Positions 1 to 9,300 of a stretch of 32,000 nucleotides of DNA are shown piece by piece. The translations under genes and the position numbers were made by a program. The stretch's first letter is position 1. Every line of letters starts with the position of its first letter. Under the pieces are notes generated by a model, which worked only from the letters and a program-made list of their open reading frames with translations, was not told the origin of the DNA and did not search any database. Origin of the DNA: an uncultured archaeon (lineage in GTDB: Archaea; Iainarchaeota; Iainarchaeia; Iainarchaeales; CSSED10-239); assembly GCA_964586355.1 (NCBI GenBank), contig CAZPGO010000005.1, forward strand, positions 1 to 32,000, given 5' to 3'.

Positions 1-255
1 GTAGATTGTATGATTGGTTACATGTGGGATGCTGAAAACAATAAATGTGTTGATATTATCCAAGATCCAGAATCAGAAGACCAAACATTTTGTGAATCAG
101 AAGGATATGTAACAGCAGATGGTTATCCTTATGCTTATAAATGTGTGTCAAATAATCAAAACTATATGGTTTGTTATGAAGACTCACAAACACTTGGGAA
201 TACAGAATATACATTTGTTTCAAATAGCTCTCTTAAAGATCAAATTTGCCCATAA
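1..255 (+). CDS. C-terminal fragment (84 codons) of a Cys-rich, probably extracellular protein whose start lies upstream of the window
   Basis: Frame +1 is open from base 1 (V-D-C precede the first Met at 10) and ends at TAA 253-255. There are six Cys in 84 aa, with an EGF-like spacing (CMIGYMWDAENNKC). It lies 39 nt upstream of, and on the same strand as, the next secreted-protein gene. Confidence 0.5.
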   Translation, partial: VDCMIGYMWDAENNKCVDIIQDPESEDQTFCESEGYVTADGYPYAYKCVSNNQNYMVCYEDSQTLGNTEYTFVSNSSLKDQICP

Positions 256-294
256 TCTATTTAAAATAGTTATTAATTAAAAATGTGAAAAAAA

Positions 295-3237
295 ATGAAA
301 TCAAATAAAAAATTTATCTTAGGAATAATTTTAATAATGATGGTTGTGTTTAATATTACAAACCTTTATGCAGATGATGGAATCTCAAAAGCAAAAGAGA
401 CCATGTCAATGCTAGAAAGTGGAGTAAGCTTTCTTGGTGGCACAATAGGAAAACTAGTTGGTGCTAATCCGGTTTTACATGGTGTTATTGGTGGTGTTCT
501 TTCTGGGTTTAATACCTACTCCAAACTTAATGAAACCATAAAAATGGAACTACCAGCAGATAGAGTAAATATATCTGGAGATACTGATGATTTTTATGGT
601 GGTTCAGATGTTTTAATGATTGACATTGGTGAAAATGTTGTTCTTACAGATCAAAATGTTTTAGATGTTGATTTTATAGTTCCTAGAGCAATATCTACAT
701 TTGCAGATAATACTAAAAATCCAATTATGAGACTTGGAGAAAGAACAGAAAAAGTAAATGTTTTAGATACTAATAGAGAGAGAGTAGTTGGTCAAAAAAG
801 ATCACTATTATTTGAAGATCCAAATAATACTATTGAAAATGCTTATGAATATAGAACACTATTAATTGAATACAAGGAAGCAAAATTTAACAAACAACCA
901 GTAGATGTAAAAATAAAATTTAAAGATATAAGTAGCAGTAAATGGACTGCATTTTTTACTTCTGGAGTAGACTATTTAAAAGATGCTATAGTAAATGAAA
1001 TAGATTCTCTTAAAAAAGAATTATTTGATCATAGAGAACCAAAAGAATCTCCAAAAAATGTTCAAAAATTTAATTTAATATTTAATTCTAGAGTTCCAGA
1101 TGGTAATGATACTATAAATCCTGAGATCTTTGATTGTGCTTCTGAAGATGGAACAATCTTAGGAACTACAGGTAACCCTGCTTTGCCAAAAGTTGCACTT
1201 GATTGGCAATTTTCTGATCAAAAAGAAATAACTGCTATTAATGGTACGAAATTAAATAAACTAAATTGGTGTGATGTAAAAGATATAGATACAATAAACA
1301 CACCAACAAATGATGGCATTTATTGTGATTCTACTCAGTTTGCTATAGAAGCATTATATAAGATAAACGAAATAAATACTTTTGTTGCAAATAATTCTGA
1401 TGGCTTTATCTGTCCACAAACCTTTGAAACTCAACAACTTGTTTCTAAAACAAATAATGTTGGTCTAACTTATTTAGATGCAAAGATAGATGGTAGGAAA
1501 TTAATTGTAACTTACACATTAGAAGGACAATATAATAAACCAGACTCAATGTTAAATACTGAATCTTTACTAGATGCTGTTTTAACAGTTTCAGAAATAG
1601 ATGAGATAACAGAACTTGGAACAGAGATCTCACAAACTACAGAAAATGTTTCTGTTTCACATTTGGTAAATAGTAAAACAACAATAACTAAAGAGATTAT
1701 GTTAACAGGAACTTTAGAAAGTTCAAGATTAAAGGTTAATGTTATTTTAGATAATTTCAATGATACTTTTGTAGATTATGAAACAGGGGATAACGTCTTA
1801 GATAATGAAATAGAAATATTAGTTAGTCAAGACACCAGTGCATGTACCTTAGAAAAAACATCCATTAATCTTGATGGATATGCTTATGGTCTTTCTAGCT
1901 ATGTTTCTGAAATAAAAGATAGAGAGTTAGTACAGTTTAGATCATACTTAATGCAGGATGGGTATACTCAAGACTTTAGAGAAGATTTTGATAAAATATA
2001 TAGAAAAGAGTTTTTAGTTGCTCCTAAATTTTATAGTGATGTTGTCTTAGAATATATGACTCCTTTATACAAATATTTTTTAGACTCAGAAAAATTCATT
2101 TTTAAAACAAAGGTAGGAGATGTAGAAAGAGATGGTCTTCCAGGACCTGGTAAATATGCTGTTGATATAGTAATACATTATGATAATTCTTGGAAATTGT
2201 TTGACGAATCTGGAAACATAACTGGAAAAATAGAAATAATATTTGATAAAATTTCAGCACCAGAAATTGATATGCCAGTTTATTATATGCCAATTAATGG
2301 TGTTGTTGGAATAAATACTCCTAACTCTAGACAGGGGTATGGTGTTGATTATCTAGGTGATAAAATAAAAATAGATACCACTCAAATTGGTAGTTATTTT
2401 TTAGAGACAGAAGGATTTATTGGATCTACTCCAATTACTACAGTTAACATAAAAGAATTTGGTCCAAATGATTTTAAGATCATGAATACTGGAGAGAGTA
2501 GAGGAAAGATCTTAGATATTGAGAGAACAAAAAGCGGTATTTCTTTAAAATATATACCATCAAGACCAACACCAGTTGCTCTAAGAGTAACAAATGCTAA
2601 TAACGATGCCTTTGCTTTCTATAAATTATCTTTAGGAGCACCAGCTGAACAAGGAGGAATAATTGCAAACACAGGAGATGTTTTAACATACTGGACAGGT
2701 TTTGCAAACTGTAGAGATTTTGAAGGTGTGCCTCAGCTTGAAAGATATTTAGGAACTAGAGATATAGTCTCAACAGATTCAAGACTAGCACCAACCACAC
2801 AAAGTCAAGGCTTTAGTTATGGTGTTGAGTGGCCAAAGGAAGAGATTAATAGATATGGAAATATTTGGTTATATAGTATATTCTACACACCAACAAATTA
2901 TAAAACAGGTCAAGCAATGGATGGGATTAGTAGATTAGTAATAGACTCTAAGGATGATCAAGCATACTTTTACACATTAGCAGAAAGATCTTCAACTAAT
3001 CAATCAGCAACTCTTGATGGACCATCTGAATCTATTGAACTTAGAAATGCTTTAATAAATGATATAGAGTCTTTAAAAGATATCTATAACTTAGTTTCAG
3101 AAAAAAAAGCATGTGTTTCACCAAGTGCAAGTAGATTATCTGTTTATTATAATCCTAAATCTATTTCTGATGACTTAACAAATATAATTATTGAAAATAA
3201 ACTAGATAGTGATACAGAAGCCTGTATTAAAAACTAG
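295..3237 (+). CDS. Large secreted protein (980 aa): N-terminal signal peptide plus the conserved ~720-aa C-terminal module shared with the two giant proteins
   Basis: ATG at 295 and an uninterrupted 2.9-kb ORF in an AT-rich background. The N-terminus MKSNKKFILGIILIMMVVFNITNLYA looks like a signal peptide. Motifs ALPKVALDW (1180-1206), YCDSTQ (1321-1338), FRSYLMQDGY (from 1936), YYMPINGVVG, LTYWTGF and SIFYTP match equivalents in the 2484- and 2218-aa proteins. Confidence 0.85.
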   Translation: MKSNKKFILGIILIMMVVFNITNLYADDGISKAKETMSMLESGVSFLGGTIGKLVGANPVLHGVIGGVLSGFNTYSKLNETIKMELPADRVNISGDTDDFYGGSDVLMIDIGENVVLTDQNVLDVDFIVPRAISTFADNTKNPIMRLGERTEKVNVLDTNRERVVGQKRSLLFEDPNNTIENAYEYRTLLIEYKEAKFNKQPVDVKIKFKDISSSKWTAFFTSGVDYLKDAIVNEIDSLKKELFDHREPKESPKNVQKFNLIFNSRVPDGNDTINPEIFDCASEDGTILGTTGNPALPKVALDWQFSDQKEITAINGTKLNKLNWCDVKDIDTINTPTNDGIYCDSTQFAIEALYKINEINTFVANNSDGFICPQTFETQQLVSKTNNVGLTYLDAKIDGRKLIVTYTLEGQYNKPDSMLNTESLLDAVLTVSEIDEITELGTEISQTTENVSVSHLVNSKTTITKEIMLTGTLESSRLKVNVILDNFNDTFVDYETGDNVLDNEIEILVSQDTSACTLEKTSINLDGYAYGLSSYVSEIKDRELVQFRSYLMQDGYTQDFREDFDKIYRKEFLVAPKFYSDVVLEYMTPLYKYFLDSEKFIFKTKVGDVERDGLPGPGKYAVDIVIHYDNSWKLFDESGNITGKIEIIFDKISAPEIDMPVYYMPINGVVGINTPNSRQGYGVDYLGDKIKIDTTQIGSYFLETEGFIGSTPITTVNIKEFGPNDFKIMNTGESRGKILDIERTKSGISLKYIPSRPTPVALRVTNANNDAFAFYKLSLGAPAEQGGIIANTGDVLTYWTGFANCRDFEGVPQLERYLGTRDIVSTDSRLAPTTQSQGFSYGVEWPKEEINRYGNIWLYSIFYTPTNYKTGQAMDGISRLVIDSKDDQAYFYTLAERSSTNQSATLDGPSESIELRNALINDIESLKDIYNLVSEKKACVSPSASRLSVYYNPKSISDDLTNIIIENKLDSDTEACIKN

Positions 3238-3270
3238 TTTTTCTTTTTAATTTTTTAACTTTTTTTAATT
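3238..3270 (+). terminator. T-rich tract after the 980-aa ORF (oligo-T terminator candidate)
   Basis: tttttctttttaattttttaacttttttt follows the TAG stop directly. Confidence 0.35.
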
Positions 3271-3310
3271 AGTTACCTTTAAATATGTTTTTATAATTAG
3301 TAATTATATC

Positions 3311-3318
3311 TATATATA
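3311..3318 (+). promoter_or_regulatory. TATA-like box upstream of the 2484-aa gene
   Basis: tatatata lies 24-31 nt upstream of the ATG at 3342. The same type of element recurs at a similar distance from other first-in-unit genes. Confidence 0.3.
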
Positions 3319-3341
3319 CATATTTAAGGATGTAATTAATT

Positions 3342-6300
3342 ATGGCAGGCTTAACTTTTTCAGAAAAATATCAAAATTTTTTAGATAAAATAAATAACAG
3401 AATACCAATAAAATCTATTACAAAACCATTAGATAAAAAAAATCCACTAACTTCTTTGTTTTTATTTTTTTTACTAGTTGTAATTATTTTATTTTTAATA
3501 TTTAATCCTTTTTCATTTAAAGAAAAAGCAGACTATAATGAAGTAGTAATAAAGCTTGCTGATGATACTGGAAATATTCTAGAGGATTTTTCTTTTGTAA
3601 TTAAAGATGTTTTAGAAAATAGAGATCTAGAATTACAAACAGATTCTACTGGAAAAACAATAGTTACATTAGATACAAAAAAAGCATATGATTTCTTTTT
3701 AGAAAAAGTAGGATATAAAAGAAAAGTGTTGTCAATTGATCCTAACCAATTAGAACACAAAATAACACTTGAAGTTTATGAACTTCCTAGTACCAGTTCC
3801 AAAACTTTAATGCTTTTAGATAGTCAAACAAAAGAGCTTATTAAAGAAAATATGTCTCTTACCATTACTTGTGAAAATACAAATGAAGTAATAAATCCTA
3901 CAGCTTCACAAGCAGAGAATGGGCAAATAACTGTTGAAGTTCCAGCAAATTGTGGAAGAATTGTTGCAACTGCAGCATCAAGCACATACTTTGCACAAAA
4001 TATTTTAGTTTCAGAAAACCAAAATCAATTATTACTTAATAAAATTAATGATCAAATAACTGTTGGTAGTGGAGAAGCAAAGATCTTTGTTAAAAGTGGA
4101 ACAAATATTTTAGATGGAATAGAGGTAAGAATATTTAAAGAAGAAGATCCCATAAACCCAGTATCCACAAAAGAAACTCCTTTTGGTGCTGTTTATTTTA
4201 AAGATCTTGAAGTTGGAGAATATATAGTCTCAATTAATGATATAAGAGGAAATTATCAATCAACAGATCAGAGAATAACTATAGAAAAAGATAAATTAAC
4301 AGAAGCTGTTGTACAAGTTTTAGCAACAGGTAATAATGATAATCCAAATCTTGGAGATGAAATTGATAGTAACATAGTTACAAAAGAAATAATAGTAATT
4401 GTAAAAGATCTTTTAACCTCTTCAGAAATTATAGATCTAGAAGAAGAAGTTATTGTAAAGATCTTAGAAGATGGTAATCTTACAAAAGATGTTAGAGCAT
4501 ATGCTCCTGGTGGAGTGAGTTTTAATATTGAGGAAAATAAAAGTTACACTATTGTTGTTACTGCTAAAAAATATATTAATACTTCTAGAGTTATTTCTCC
4601 TAATGTTAATGAATATAATATTTTTTTAGAACCAATAACAGAAAGTAATGTCTCAAATATAAATATTGTTGCAAGAGATGAAGATGATCTTTTTGTCTCA
4701 AGAGCAACACTTTTAGTTTATGATGCTAATACAGGATTTATTGATGCTAGATTTGACCCAATCTTAACAGATCTTAATGGCTCTGCAACATTTAGAGATG
4801 TTCCAAAAGGAAACTATTTTATAAAACTAAGAAAATCTGTTGTGGATGGATCTTCAGAAAACTTTAATCACTTGCCACCAACAGACACAAATAGATCTGT
4901 AAATGTTGTTATTGGTAATGGTACTATAAATATTAATATAAAAAACAACTACACAGATCCTGTGGCAGATGCACAAATAACAATCTATAACTCTGATGGC
5001 ACCATAATTGGTTCTGATACTGCTAGTGCTACTGGAACTTATTCAAGAGAGTTAAAAGCAGATAAAATTGTTTATCTAAAAATAAGTAAAGAAGGATATT
5101 TAGATTATTATACTAATTTATTACCAATAATAAAAAACCAAACAACATCCAAAGAAATCATGCTTTATAGATCACAAGAAAACACTTTACCAATAATTGA
5201 TTATCTAGGTGTTTATGATCTTGCAAGCGATAGTTTAGTAGACTCACTTACACAAAACAAACAATATAATTTTAAATTTAGGGTGGTTTCTCCAAATAAC
5301 GCAAGTAATGTTAATTTTGGATTAAATTTTATTGTTGGTGGTGCGGAAAATGTTAATGATGATTTTGTGTTTATTAGATCAGTTACACAAAATCTTGGAC
5401 AAGTAACTTACTACGAATCCGAAAATGGATCCCCACTTCCACAAGGCTCTCCTGCAAAGTATGTTAAGGTTAATTATCAATCTATGCCTAATGGTGTTTA
5501 TGAAGTAACTATTCCTATGCAAGTATCTTCTGCTAATAGAGGAGATGCTGTTCCAATGTTTTACTTTGGATATTCTTTAGAGGACACTACTTTTAGAGAG
5601 CAGGAGATTTATTATATTGATGCAGAGCAACTTTGTGATGATAGTTTTTGTATCTCTGGACAGATACTTGATCTTTCTGAAAATATATCTGAAGATCTAA
5701 CTTCTTCTTTAAATGTTTCTACTATGGTTAATAATAACTATAGATTAGAGTACACCATAACAAATGCAGAAAACAACACCTATTCTCAAGCAAGATTTAG
5801 TATAAAAAATACAGAAAGTAGTTCTGATGATCTTGAGATAATGGCTCAAGCAATTGACATAAAAAGATATTCTTTATCAGGATTGATTAATCAAACAAGA
5901 GGAGAACAATCCTCTCCAAGACATAAGATTCCAGATGATGCTGATTATTTATCTATCCCTCAAATAAATGTTTATGATTCTCAGAATATAGATCTTAATA
6001 TTACTCCAATATCAATAGGTACAACAAAATTAAATCATAGAATATTAGCTGATCAAGCAATTGTTTATGATAAGCCAATAACTTTTGGGGTAAGTAATCA
6101 ATATCAATTTAATATTTCTTATGAGCCTTTAAATATTGTTCCAAACACCCCCTTTGTTCTAACTGTTTCTACAAGAGATACAGAAGGAAATCCTGTTGTT
6201 GATGGTATTGTTAATATTTATCAAAAAATAGGAAATAACACTAACACCATAACATCTGGAACCTATAGAACAAACCAAGAAGGAATGGTTCAAATAAATA

Positions 6301-9300
6301 TGCCTTCATTATATGTTAATGAAAAAATAATAATAGAAGTTCAAAAAGCTATGTATTATGCAACACCTGTAGAGATTGTTGTTTCTGAAGATGTTGTTGA
6401 AGCCAGAAAAAATAATACCTTAATAACTTTAGAAAACCCTTTAGAGATTAATATTCATAAAACAGAACTTGAAGGAGAGATTGAAAAAATAACTTTAAAA
6501 AACAAAACAGAATTTGATCTTGTTTTAAAATCTTTTTTAGATACAGATCTTTCTTTTAGTAATTCTTCATTTGTTAATCTTTCTCAAACTCTAAAACATC
6601 TTAATTCACAAGTAACAAATAATTCTTTTGTAATACCAGCAAATGGAGAAAAAGAATTAAATATAAGAGCAAGTCCATTTTCAAATGCCATTATAGATCT
6701 TTTTGAACCTGTTGAGGTTGTTGGTTCAATCTCTGCAAGAGTATCAAAAGTTGGTTCAAGTTCTAATTATAATTTTGAAATACCAATAAATGTTAAATTA
6801 TCTGTTGGAGAAGGTGTTGATGTTGATGATTGTTTAATAATTCAGGGAGCTCCTGAAACTTGGGAGAGTATAATTACTGGAAATGGTCAACAAGAAATTA
6901 CTTTTACACTCCTTAACAACTGTGTTGCTAAAGGAAATGATGAACAACACATCTCCTTAAAGAACATTAGAGCAAAGATGTCTCAGGAAGGAGATAGGTA
7001 TGGTGCTTATACTTTAAGGATAGAAGATAAAAGCATAACTTTGTCTGAAGGATCTTATCAAACAATAATAACTGGTGTTGAACCAAGAAAAGAATATAGT
7101 GTGACTTTAAGATATAATTCTTATGGTGCTAATTTTGCAGACATAAAATCAAACATTTATATTAATGCTCAAGTAGAAACAAACAACGGCTTAAGTTATG
7201 TAAATAAAGCTAAAGAACTTGCATTAAAAACAGATATTTCTGTTTTAAATATTGCTGATTGTATTGAGTTTTTTGATGATGGTAAAAAAATAAATAATCA
7301 ATTAATTATTCCTTCAGAAAAAATAATAGACGATATGGGTGATCCAAAAACACTAATCATAAAAAACAATTGTTCTGATAAGGCGAGATTTGAGGTTTTC
7401 TTTTGTGGAGAAAATAAAGAGTATGCGGGGTGTCAAGGTTTAAATTATACAAATATGAGTGGATCTTATCAAAACAAAGTTTCATTTAATATTGGTGAAA
7501 CCTCTCAAGAAGTTGGAATTGTCAAACCTTCTGTTCCTGGTGGTTATGTTATTTTAGCAAAAATAAAACCATTAAGTGTTCAAGGTCTTCCAATATCTGG
7601 TGCTACTGTTGAAAAGAAATTAAAGATTAATGTTCAGCATTTTTTATATATGCAAGATCCGTTTATTGAAGTTTCTAGATATGATGATCAAGTTTATAGA
7701 AGCCCAACTGTTAATTTACTAAATAAAGATATAGATGATAGTGCTTGGGATTATGCCACCACATTAGCAGATGATGGTTTTAGTAATTATATGTCTAATC
7801 TTTTTCCGTATTTTAATTCAAAATATGATAATATTAAATTTGTTACTTATGATAGAACAACTTTTACTAATGATGCCTATAAAAGATTTACAAATGATTG
7901 GGTTTTTATAGTTTCTCCTGCAACTGCTGCTATTGATAGATTATTATCTACTTTTAGTAATAATTTTACTGAAAAATTAACAAATCAAACACCATTTATA
8001 TATACAGATCTTTTAAATATTTCAGAAAACCAAGAGAAAACAAAAACAATTTCTCTTGATTCAAGTGATGCTGAAATAGCTTTTATTTCTATATGGGATA
8101 TTCAAGCAATGAGATATAAAAAGATATATAATATTTCAAAAGAAATTAAAGGCAAATTAATAAAAGACAGAGTGTTTTCAGAAGTTTTAGATTTGTGTAC
8201 TGGTTCTAATTTAGTTTTAGGAAATGCTGATGTTTCATATGTTTCTGATCCTAGAAATTGTAGTAATTTAAGATTAGAAGGAAATTTAGTAGATGGTTAT
8301 ATTTCAAAAATTAATTGTGATGGTGGTTGGAATTTTGGTAGAAAACAAATAAAAGTTACATATAATAATTATGTTGAATGTAGATATAATGAAACCATTT
8401 GGCCAGAACAAGCAGGTAAAAAACCAATACAGTTTACAGTTCCAGAAGAGAGTGAAATCTATGAAAGATTAGAAAATGGAGATCAAATATATAAAGAAAT
8501 AGAATTCTATCCAACCTTAGATGATTCATTAGAAGAAATAGATCCTGCTTTTGTTGGTGCAGAGGACATTGGTAAATTTAGATTTGCTATTTATGCTTAT
8601 GAAAAAGAACCAAAAATAACAACAGATCAAGAAATAGTTAAATGTATGACCGATACTGGAAAATTAGGAGACACCGGTCCAGGAATGGTGCCAAAGATAG
8701 CACTGGATTGGGCTTGGAGTTTTGATGATTTAAATAAATGTGCAAACACTTATTGTGATGCAACACAATTGTCTCAAGAGATATTAAATAGAATAAAAAA
8801 AGCAGAAGATGTTTTAAATAATAATAGAGCAAATATTTCCTGTCCTAAATCTACTCAACAATTATCAGATGAGTTGCTAGATGGCACCTATAGTGTTAAT
8901 GCTACACCTCAAGCTTATGAGGTAGAGCTACCAGTAAACAAGATTGGTATTAATGAAGTAAATATAGGTCAAAGAGATGGTCTTTTAGCAATAAGAGCAT
9001 CTGTTCAAAATAGAACTGCTTTATCTTTATCCGGTAATCTTTCAATAAATTTAGGCGATCAAACACTTTCAAAAATTGAGCTGCTTGGTTGTTTTTCTGG
9101 AACTAATTTGATTTCATGTCAAGGTGTAGAACCAGAATGGCATGTGTTTGATATTGATCAACCAGGAACAAATATTGTTCCTGTAACAATAACGCCTGTT
9201 GGGGATGATGATACTACTGAAGTTATATTTATTTATGGAACAGAAGATGCTGTGTTAGAAGGAAGCCATCCTCTTAATATTTCTTTTGAAGTCTCTCCAA

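Noticed and set aside
1445-2293. Minus-strand ORFs of 62-82 aa (1445-1633, 1512-1760, 2102-2293). Similar antisense ORFs lie inside other large genes: 3533-3760, 8638-8832, 11154-11369, 11784-12002, 15045-15245, 15444-15722 and 17506-17691.
   Set aside because: All lie entirely inside much longer, motif-supported + strand ORFs. Their sequences are Phe/Leu/Ser-rich mirror images of Lys/Glu/Asn-rich sense codons. None has its own start context.
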